Virus record (IMG/VR): IMGVR_UViG_3300020042_005441
Coordinates: 1-38,267 of that record
Reading direction: 5' to 3' (one strand)
Length of the DNA stretch: 38,267 bases
Origin: a virus
Lineage: Duplodnaviria > Caudoviricetes
Shown piece after piece: positions 9,541 to 16,846 of this stretch. A program made the position numbers and the translations under genes. How positions within the stretch are numbered: the first letter of the stretch is position 1; every line of letters begins with the position of its first letter. Under the pieces are notes generated by a model. It saw nothing but the letters and a program-made list of their open reading frames with translations, was not told the DNA's origin and did no database searches.

Positions 9541-9861
9541 ATGCAACTTACAACACAACGTCTCAAGCAAATCATCAAAGAAGAACTTGAAGCAATCGTA
9601 TCAGAATTGGAACCAGAGGAAGAAGTGCTTTCCCCAGAAGAAGAAAGAGTAGCTTCACTTGAACAACAACTTGCAGAAGCCAAAAAGAAAGTTGAAATGA
9701 AAGGCAAAGAAAAGAAAGGCGGCACAAAAGCTGCTATGAAAGGTAAAAGCGCACCAGTAGGTAAAAGAGGAACAGTAGCCCCCGCTGCCGCACCTATGAA
9801 AGCAAATAATGTTGGCAACCTTTATGGCAAGGGTCCAACAAAAATGCCTACAAAAAAGTGA
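9541..9861 (+). CDS. Probable internal head protein with acidic N-half and Lys/Ala/Pro-rich basic tail
   Basis: SD AAGGAG; leader LTTQRLKQIIKEEL. Confidence 0.65.
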   Translation: MQLTTQRLKQIIKEELEAIVSELEPEEEVLSPEEERVASLEQQLAEAKKKVEMKGKEKKGGTKAAMKGKSAPVGKRGTVAPAAAPMKANNVGNLYGKGPTKMPTKK

Positions 9862-9869
9862 AATAAATT

Positions 9870-9930
9870 AAACCTTAATTGAGGTTTTTGAATATGAGGT
9901 GGTGTATTTACTTACATCACCTCTATTTAT
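9870..9930 (+). terminator. Two tandem hairpins, probable intrinsic terminator(s), overlapping a CTATTTAT promoter candidate
   Basis: AAACCTT-aatt-GAGGTTT (9870-9887) and GAGGTGGTGTA-tttact-TACATCACCTC (9896-9923) followed by T-rich tract. Confidence 0.6.
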
Positions 9931-9951
9931 ATTTGAAAGGAAATCTTGTTT

Positions 9952-10770
9952 ATGAATATTAATGAAAATAAAGTTAGACAAATAATCAAAGAAGAACTAA
10001 AACAATATTTAATTGAAGAAGGTTTTTTTGATACCATAAAAAGTTTTGGTAAAAAAGTATTTGGTGGAGAAAAGAAAGAAACTCCAAGTTCTTTAAATGG
10101 ATCAGATCCAGAACGGATGGGTACAAAAGGCAGAGACGAAACTGACAGACCAAATCCAGAACAAGGACAATCAGTTAGAACAAAGTACGCGAATGACGTT
10201 CAAAGTTATAAATATGGATTTCCTATAAAAGCTTTACCAGATTTGGAAAAAGCGTTAACCTATTATAGAACATTATCAAAACGTAATGAAGCTGGTGCTG
10301 TTGAAGCTGTAGCAAAAATTATGACGCATCTTCAAAGAAGTTTGGCTAAGAAAAAATCTTTGAATGATTTGGCTACTGGAGAAATTCAATCATACCAAAC
10401 ATTTATAAAAGATATCGAGGATCATTTAACACAAGAACAAGAACCAATTTATGTAAATGAAAATCTTTTTTCCGATAAATCTATTGATACTGCACTTGTA
10501 ATACCAAATAATATTGTTTCAAAAGTATTAGTACAATTACAAGATTTTATATTTGATGAGTTATCAGATAAATATGACTTTAATGAAATATTTAAGAAAG
10601 AACGAGTAAGACAAGAATTTCAAGCATTAAAAAATGTAGTTAGTAGTTCTGCCCCAAAAAAGCAACAACAAAAAAACTCAGCTTCTGTATCAGATCCAGT
10701 TGAAAAATTTACAGATACTTATTTAGAAGAAATTAGACGTAAGAGAGCGAAATGGATAAAAATGATTTAA
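9952..10770 (+). CDS. Probable internal head protein (start moved to ATG 9952)
   Basis: GAAAGG upstream; leader INENKVRQIIKEEL...LIEE|GFFDTIK. Confidence 0.65.
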   Translation: MNINENKVRQIIKEELKQYLIEEGFFDTIKSFGKKVFGGEKKETPSSLNGSDPERMGTKGRDETDRPNPEQGQSVRTKYANDVQSYKYGFPIKALPDLEKALTYYRTLSKRNEAGAVEAVAKIMTHLQRSLAKKKSLNDLATGEIQSYQTFIKDIEDHLTQEQEPIYVNENLFSDKSIDTALVIPNNIVSKVLVQLQDFIFDELSDKYDFNEIFKKERVRQEFQALKNVVSSSAPKKQQQKNSASVSDPVEKFTDTYLEEIRRKRAKWIKMI

Positions 10771-11174
10771 AGAAAATTTTAAAACCTCTTGTTAAAGCCT
10801 TAGTAAAAGAAGCGATGCAAGAGGAATTATCCACGGTAATAAGTGAGATAATAAAACAAACAGCAGGATCATCACAGATAGTTGAAAGAAAACAACCAAC
10901 TATCGATCCAAGACTACAACAAGAAAGAACGATTGCTAAACAACAAGCACAAAGCGAAAGAAAGAAGATGCTTGAAGAATTAAGCAAAAAATCTTATGGT
11001 GGTATAAATATATTTGAAGGAACAACTCCATTAGGAAAAGGTGGAGAAATAAGCGAAAGCAGATCGTTAACACCATCAGCAGGAGAACCCTTGTCTGGTG
11101 TAGACCCACATGATCCCGGTGTTGATATTGGTGGTCTTCTTAAACTTACAGGTGGTTGGAAACAAATTAAATGA
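10752..11174 (+). CDS. Hypothetical head-module protein
   Basis: Leader-like KNDLKKILKPLVKALVKEAMQEEL; C-terminal GVDPHDPGVDI. Confidence 0.65.
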   Translation: MDKNDLKKILKPLVKALVKEAMQEELSTVISEIIKQTAGSSQIVERKQPTIDPRLQQERTIAKQQAQSERKKMLEELSKKSYGGINIFEGTTPLGKGGEISESRSLTPSAGEPLSGVDPHDPGVDIGGLLKLTGGWKQIK

Positions 11175-12163
11175 AATATATAACAGAGCAACAAATTAGA
11201 AAAGTTATAAGAGAAGAAATTAAATCTTATCTTTTGGAACAAGAAGAACCAAAAAAAGATGATAAACCAAAATCTAAATTTAGAAAAATTCTAACTTCTA
11301 CAGCAGTTGCTTTGTTAGGATTTTTTGCTGGAACTTCCTATAACCCAGAAGTGCAAGCAGTAATACCAGAACCAATAGAAGACATTGGTAGTGATGATGC
11401 TAGTGGTGGAGGTGGTAGTGGTGGAGGTGGTAGTGGTCTGGAGGAACTATCAAATCTTATTGAAGATACTACGAAAGAATTAATAAAGTTAGGCGCAACA
11501 GAACAATACGCACAAAGTTTAATTTCTAGAACTGTTGAGTATGGAAATATAGAATTTGAAATTCGCGCTAAAGGTATTAAAGATGAAAATAGAGGAGCAG
11601 AATATGTATCATTTATGTTATCTAGATTTTCTGCTTTACAAAATCCAGAAGCACTTTCAAAGGTAGCAGCACAAGATTTCTTACAACGAGCACAATCAGT
11701 TGGTACACATCGCATTATGGCTGCACAGATAAACCCAGAAACTGGAGAAACGACGGTTGGAACACCTATTCCATCTTATTCTTTACAAGTTGCTTTTGCT
11801 TATGAAATGTTAACTATTGTTGAAGAAGAAGATAAATTACCAGAAGAAACACCAAAGGTATACACTCAAATGATTGTTGATTCTTTTAATAAAGAAACAA
11901 ATTCTTATGTAATAATACCAACTATTCTTCCATTTTTCCAACAAGTAGCAAAAGAGGGTTCTCCATTCGAAAAAGCCATATTAGATGTAATACCACAAGT
12001 AAAAGTCGATGCTTCTACATTTGAAGAAGAACAAAATAATAATGTTATGGAAAAAATAAACAAAGGAGTAGGTGCTACAGTTAGAAATAAAGAATCAGTA
12101 GAAGAAAATAAAGTTAATAAATTAAGACAAAAAATAAACGAATTGAGAGGTGTTTATGTCTAA
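11171..12163 (+). CDS. Probable internal head protein with hydrophobic segment and (G4S)2 linker
   Basis: Leader ITEQQIRKVIREEI...LLE; KFRKILTSTAVALLGFFAG; SGGGGSGGGGSG. Confidence 0.65.
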   Translation: MKYITEQQIRKVIREEIKSYLLEQEEPKKDDKPKSKFRKILTSTAVALLGFFAGTSYNPEVQAVIPEPIEDIGSDDASGGGGSGGGGSGLEELSNLIEDTTKELIKLGATEQYAQSLISRTVEYGNIEFEIRAKGIKDENRGAEYVSFMLSRFSALQNPEALSKVAAQDFLQRAQSVGTHRIMAAQINPETGETTVGTPIPSYSLQVAFAYEMLTIVEEEDKLPEETPKVYTQMIVDSFNKETNSYVIIPTILPFFQQVAKEGSPFEKAILDVIPQVKVDASTFEEEQNNNVMEKINKGVGATVRNKESVEENKVNKLRQKINELRGVYV

Positions 12164-12437
12164 AAGTAAGAATCTTCACGCAAAAGTAATCCCAAAGAAG
12201 GGAGAACCTTTTGAAAGAATGGTGAAGAGATTTTTAAAGAAAGTAAAAAAAGAACAAGTTATAGAACAAGTTAAAGATAGAAGATATTATGAAAAACCAT
12301 CTGTTACCAAAAAGAAAGAAAAACTTGCTGGAATTGCTAGATGGAAAAAGTTTGAAGCAGATAAAAAAAAGAAAGAAACATTAAAAGAAGCTAATTATAA
12401 TAAACGTGTAGATAACAATAAAAGAAGGGAAGATTAA
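12156..12437 (+). CDS. rpsU: Phage-encoded 30S ribosomal protein bS21
   Basis: KKGEPFERMVKRFLKKVKKEQVIEQVKDRRYYEKPSVTKK matches the bS21 pattern E.fE.alkRFk+k....i...+.R.yyeKPS; SD GAGAGG before ATG 12156. Confidence 0.9.
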   Translation: MSKSKNLHAKVIPKKGEPFERMVKRFLKKVKKEQVIEQVKDRRYYEKPSVTKKKEKLAGIARWKKFEADKKKKETLKEANYNKRVDNNKRRED

Positions 12438-12439
12438 AA

Positions 12440-12871
12440 ATGTCACAACAATATGCTTATGGTGTTGGATTACAAAATGTAGGTTCTTATCAAGTATCTG
12501 GTATACCATATGCTACTTCAAGTATAGCAGCACCATCAAACGCTGGAACTCCAACAGAAGTTTCTTTCCCAGATGTAACACAAAGAATTGTAGTATCAAA
12601 TGTTAATACTGCTTCTGCTTTAAGAGTTGGATTTTCAGCAAATGGTACAAAGGGAACAAATTACTTTATTATTCCTGCTGCTTCAAGTTCAGTAGTTCAT
12701 CCTACACAAGAATTTAGAGTTAAAGTATCATCAATATTTTTACTTTCTCATACAACAACTCCAACAAGTGCTTCTGTATTAGCTGAACTTACAAATATAG
12801 AAACTAATTTATTATTGCGATCTGGTCCAACTGGTTTACCAAATTGGTCTGGTTCAGTAGGGGTAGGATAA
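12440..12871 (+). CDS. Ser/Thr-rich beta-strand virion structural protein
   Basis: GLQNVGSYQVSGIPY start; composition and position among structural genes. Confidence 0.6.
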   Translation: MSQQYAYGVGLQNVGSYQVSGIPYATSSIAAPSNAGTPTEVSFPDVTQRIVVSNVNTASALRVGFSANGTKGTNYFIIPAASSSVVHPTQEFRVKVSSIFLLSHTTTPTSASVLAELTNIETNLLLRSGPTGLPNWSGSVGVG

Positions 12872-12872
12872 A

Positions 12873-14078
12873 ATGAGTAGATTTGGTTGGGCTTATGTTA
12901 ATGATGTTATAACTGGCTCTGGTGGAACACCCGGAGGATCTGATAAAGCAATTCAATTTGCTTCTGGTTCTACCTTTAGCGGCTCAACCAATTTTACTTT
13001 TGATTATACAACAAACACAGTAAGATTAACTGGAACTTTACATGCTGATAATTTAATTGTATCTTCATCAACAATCTTTAAATCTGGTTCAACTAAATTT
13101 GGTGATGATCCAACAGATACACACCAATTTACTGGAAGTATATATAACACAGCTTTGGTTAGTGGAACTATTGCTACTTTTACTACGATAACTGGTTCAA
13201 CCATAACTTCTAATTTAATTACTGGTTCCTCACTTATAGTTTCTGCTTCAGTAATTTCTGCTTCAACTTATTTAGGTATAAGTGTACCAACAGCAAGCGG
13301 AGGAAATAAAGCAATTCAATTTGCTTCTGGTTCTACCTTTAGCGGCTCAACCAATTTTACTTTTGATTATACAAAGAACGTTTTATCATTAGTTGGAACA
13401 GCATCGGCCTCAACAGTATCGGCTTCTTTATTTACTGGCGACCCATTTGGTGGTTTTAATATGCTTGGAAAGCGTGTGTTGTATCTTCAAGCAAATGATA
13501 CATCTTCAAACTTTCCTATGGTAATGCCCGGAGGTAGTGCAATTACAAGTAACGGTATGACTACTTCTTTTAGTGATACAAACTACTTTATGAAAATGAC
13601 AACAACCGCTGTAATAGGCAACTCTTCAAGAGCGATTACCCAAGGTGGATGGTGTAGAACTGGTCATACTGGTAAGGTTCGCGGCGCATTTACAACAGGA
13701 ATAGTCACATCATCACAAACAATTAGTTTTGGACTTTCAACAGATGATACATACAGTTATAACTCTGGTGGACAAGCAATATTGTTGACATATGATACAG
13801 CTACAAGTGGAAACTTTGTTTTATACACAAGAGATGCAGCAGGTAATACTGGTTCAATTAATACAGGTATACCATTTAATCCAGCATCTAATTATGAGTT
13901 TGAGTTAGATTTCAATACTTTAACTGCTTCTTGTAATTTAAATGGAACAACAGTATATGCTTCAAGTTCATTACCAACAGCAAGCGTTGATTTAAGAGCA
14001 AGATTTGGAATTAGAGCAGCAATCGCAAGTGCAGTAGATATGAGCGTTAAATACTTCAGTTTAGCAACAGGTACATAA
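12873..14078 (+). CDS. Fibre-like virion protein with duplicated module and probable C-terminal lectin-like beta domain
   Basis: KAIQFASGSTFSGSTNFTFDYT twice; GSTKFGDDPTDTHQFTGS; TGS/SAS shaft-like repeats. Confidence 0.65.
   Translation: MSRFGWAYVNDVITGSGGTPGGSDKAIQFASGSTFSGSTNFTFDYTTNTVRLTGTLHADNLIVSSSTIFKSGSTKFGDDPTDTHQFTGSIYNTALVSGTIATFTTITGSTITSNLITGSSLIVSASVISASTYLGISVPTASGGNKAIQFASGSTFSGSTNFTFDYTKNVLSLVGTASASTVSASLFTGDPFGGFNMLGKRVLYLQANDTSSNFPMVMPGGSAITSNGMTTSFSDTNYFMKMTTTAVIGNSSRAITQGGWCRTGHTGKVRGAFTTGIVTSSQTISFGLSTDDTYSYNSGGQAILLTYDTATSGNFVLYTRDAAGNTGSINTGIPFNPASNYEFELDFNTLTASCNLNGTTVYASSSLPTASVDLRARFGIRAAIASAVDMSVKYFSLATGT
12943..13374 (+). repeat. Perfect 69-bp direct repeat (12943-13011 and 13306-13374)
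   Basis: ataaagcaattcaatttgcttctggttctacctttagcggctcaaccaattttacttttgattatacaa twice, 363 bp apart, in frame. Confidence 0.92.
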
Positions 14079-14087
14079 GTATAAGTA

Positions 14088-15134
14088 ATGGCAAGACCTA
14101 GAAAGAAAAAAGAAGAAACTGCTTGGACGCAGCCCGCTCAACCTCCTCCTCCCTTATTTACAGGGGAGAAGGAGCGTAACCTTGTTAAGCAAGTTAATGA
14201 CGAACTTATTGAAAGAGTTATTGGTCAGCAAATTGCTTATTTTTCTATTGATATTGATCGTTCTAACTTTCATCCTCTTTATGGGGAAGCAATAGAAAAA
14301 ACTTATCTTCCTCCAATAAGAGTATATGCTTTGGTTAAATGGGAAGGTCAAACACAATCCTTCACACAAAATATTGGTATTGATAAAGCAACATCAATAG
14401 AAATTCACTTTCACAAAAAACGTCTAACAGAAGATCAAGATGTTTTTGTTCGTGAAGGTGATTTTGTTTTATATGGCGATAGATATTATGAAATTGTTAA
14501 ACTTGATGAACCAAAACAATTATTCGGACAGATAGAAAATAAATTTGAAATTGTAGCAAAAGGTATAAGAGCAAGAGAAGGATTATTTAATCCACAATTT
14601 ATTGCTAATACTGTTCCAACCACAAGAGTTACAACTTCAACTTCAACTGGCTCATCAGCACAAGGTAATTACTCAAACAACTATTCATTTAATAATCTAA
14701 CAGTTGTAAATGATTTAACTGTTGGAGGAAATTCTTATTTAGGTAATGGAGCAAATGATAGTGTAATAATAACTGGTTCTGTTTATATTAGTGGAAGTTT
14801 ATTATTAAATGGTAATACTCTCGCACTTTCAAGTTCTAATATATCTTTTAATACGAGAACAATAACATCAAGTTATACAGTAGTAAATGATGATTATTTT
14901 ATTGGCGTAGATACAAATTACTCTGGTATTGTTATTACTCTTCCTACATTGGCTTCAACAAACAATGGAAAAGTTTTAGTAATTAAAGATGTTGCTGGCG
15001 TTGGAGCAACTAATATGATTACAATATCAGCTTCTTCTGGTCAGTTGATAGATTTAGATCCATTTACAACATTAGATATAGACTTTGCTTCTATATCTGC
15101 TTACAAAGATACAACAGGATGGTTCGTATTCTAA
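14088..15134 (+). CDS. Neck/head-closure protein (T4 gp14-like) fused to a fibre-type C-terminal domain
   Basis: HPLYGEA, IHFHKKRL, VREGDFVLYGDRYYEI; Ser/Thr linker; C-terminal DYFIGVD..ITLP..GKVLVIKD..ID..GWFVF. Confidence 0.6.
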   Translation: MARPRKKKEETAWTQPAQPPPPLFTGEKERNLVKQVNDELIERVIGQQIAYFSIDIDRSNFHPLYGEAIEKTYLPPIRVYALVKWEGQTQSFTQNIGIDKATSIEIHFHKKRLTEDQDVFVREGDFVLYGDRYYEIVKLDEPKQLFGQIENKFEIVAKGIRAREGLFNPQFIANTVPTTRVTTSTSTGSSAQGNYSNNYSFNNLTVVNDLTVGGNSYLGNGANDSVIITGSVYISGSLLLNGNTLALSSSNISFNTRTITSSYTVVNDDYFIGVDTNYSGIVITLPTLASTNNGKVLVIKDVAGVGATNMITISASSGQLIDLDPFTTLDIDFASISAYKDTTGWFVF

Positions 15135-15544
15135 TGTCTTACAAATATAGCAAAGCAAGAGCCTTAACTTTAGGAACGGAAACAATAACAAATCAAGTAT
15201 CTACTGGATTACTTACTGCTTCGGTTATATCTGCTCAATCAACAATCTTAAATAGAGTTTCTATATCTTCTTCTTATCAATTAAATTATTCTCATTATTT
15301 TGTTGGTGTTAATACTTTAGCAGCAACAAGCTCAATTACCTTATCATTACCAAATGCTTCTGGTTCTATATCTGGTAGATCTTACGTTATTAAAGATGAA
15401 ACAGGTGGAGCAGAAACAAATAATATAATTTTAAATGCTATAAGTGGAAATACTATTGATGGTGAAACTTCAATAATTATTGAGTCACCTTATGCTTCAT
15501 TAAATATTTATACAGATGGATCTAACAAATGGTTTATCTACTAA
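15134..15544 (+). CDS. Small virion protein, paralogue of neighbouring C-terminal domains (start likely 15134)
   Basis: TAATG coupling; HYFVGV..LSLP..GRSYVIKD..TIDG..IESPYASLNIY..KWFIY. Confidence 0.65.
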   Translation: MSYKYSKARALTLGTETITNQVSTGLLTASVISAQSTILNRVSISSSYQLNYSHYFVGVNTLAATSSITLSLPNASGSISGRSYVIKDETGGAETNNIILNAISGNTIDGETSIIIESPYASLNIYTDGSNKWFIY

Positions 15545-15601
15545 CAACATTTTTTAATCTGTCAAGTGCTTTTGGAAAATAAGTTCACTAATTACTTTTA
15601 C

Positions 15602-15648
15602 GACACATAGTCTAATCGTTTCGACTTTTAAACTATGTGTCTTTTTTT
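15602..15648 (+). terminator. Stem-loop plus T7 tract in the leader of the 15668 gene
   Basis: GACACATAGT (15602-15611) pairs with ACTATGTGTC (15632-15641), then TTTTTTT and SD AGGAG. Confidence 0.55.
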
Positions 15649-15667
15649 ATTAGGAGATAAAAATAAT

Positions 15668-16747
15668 ATGGCATATAAATTTCAAAGAGGTCCTGCAACA
15701 GCTTCTGGTTCATTTCAAGCAGAAGAAGGTTTAGTATCTAGCACAACCGTCGAAGCTAAAGGTGGTAATATTTCTGGTTCTGCTGCTTTACAAATCGGCA
15801 CATCAGCAACAATCGGTAATGGTCTTACTGTTACTACTGGCACATCAGCACTTCAAGCTGTAACAGCTACAACCGTTAGCGGTACAACATCACAATTTAC
15901 AATTCTTTCAGCATCTAATCTTGGTGGCGCAGCAGTATCCGCTGTTTCAATGAGTTTTCTTCCTTCTTGGGATAGTGGTCTTGGTAGATTTGAAAACTCA
16001 TTTGTTTCAAGAAACGGATTAAGTGGTCAAACCATAGTTTCTGGTTCTGGTGGTCTTGTTGTAACTGGCTCAGTTTCTGGTTCTGGTGCTTTCCAAGGTG
16101 GTTCAACTGCTACCTTTGCTAACACTGTTACTGTAAGTGCTGGTGGTCTTATCGTTTCTTCTGGTGATTCATCCGTACAAAAACTTACCGTTAATGGTGA
16201 TTTGATTGTATTAGGTGATACATTCTCAGCTTCAGTAGGTACTCTATTGATTCAAGATGCAGCAATAGTAATTGGTGATGGTCGAACTTCATTTGATATA
16301 AACTATGGTATTCTCTTTGGTTCCGGTTCCGGTGCCGGTTCCGGTTCCGGTTGCTGGGCAACTTTATTAACAGCACAAGCTAATATTGATGGTCTTGTTA
16401 ACGATGAGAATGTTCTTTCTTCATCACTAGCAATAAAAGCCCCAGCATTTGCTGGTACTTTGTATGGTACATTATCAACAGCAGTACAGTTAGTAAGTGA
16501 TGGTATAACACTAAACAATGGTGTTAACTTCTTTAATGATCTTTCTGCTAATGCTACTGTAACATTACCACCAACACCAACTGCTGGTGATACAGTACAA
16601 GTTAAATGTAGGAATCTTACTAATGCTCAAGTGACGATTAATCGTTCAGGTGTCAATATTGACGGTGAAGGATTTATCATTCTTGAATCACCATACGCAG
16701 CAGTTACTTTAATTTATGTTGGATCAAACGATTGGAGAGTATTCTAA
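15668..16747 (+). CDS. Fibre/decoration-like virion protein (start likely 15668)
   Basis: SD AGGAG; SGS/TGS-rich shaft, LTVNGDLIVLG; C-terminal VTLP..GDTVQVK..NIDG..LESPYAAVTLIY..WRVF. Confidence 0.65.
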   Translation: MAYKFQRGPATASGSFQAEEGLVSSTTVEAKGGNISGSAALQIGTSATIGNGLTVTTGTSALQAVTATTVSGTTSQFTILSASNLGGAAVSAVSMSFLPSWDSGLGRFENSFVSRNGLSGQTIVSGSGGLVVTGSVSGSGAFQGGSTATFANTVTVSAGGLIVSSGDSSVQKLTVNGDLIVLGDTFSASVGTLLIQDAAIVIGDGRTSFDINYGILFGSGSGAGSGSGCWATLLTAQANIDGLVNDENVLSSSLAIKAPAFAGTLYGTLSTAVQLVSDGITLNNGVNFFNDLSANATVTLPPTPTAGDTVQVKCRNLTNAQVTINRSGVNIDGEGFIILESPYAAVTLIYVGSNDWRVF

Positions 16748-16788
16748 TCCTTATACTTTTGTATTTGGTTTAGTCTCAAACAAAATGT

Positions 16789-16823
16789 GGTGGCATCTTC
16801 TTCGGGGGGTGCCACCCTTTTTA
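16789..16823 (+). terminator. Intrinsic terminator with cUUCGg tetraloop
   Basis: GGTGGCATCTTC-TTCG-GGGGGTGCCACC followed by CTTTTTA. Confidence 0.85.
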
Positions 16824-16833
16824 TTTGTTTAAT

Positions 16834-16842
16834 ACTATTTAT
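16834..16842 (+). promoter_or_regulatory. Candidate late promoter ACTATTTAT
   Basis: Directly after terminator and just before ATG 16847. Confidence 0.55.
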
Positions 16843-16846
16843 TTTC

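Noticed and set aside
12320-12345. LAGI inside bS21 resembling the scaffold C-terminal tag
   Set aside because: Internal, lacks the upstream Arg-hydrophobic pair; likely chance
12943-13374. DGR template/variable repeat or CRISPR array
   Set aside because: Only two identical in-frame copies, no adenine-specific mismatches, no reverse transcriptase or cas gene in the window
16319-16352. GGTTCC hexamer run
   Set aside because: In-frame Gly-Ser linker coding; length change would not switch phase
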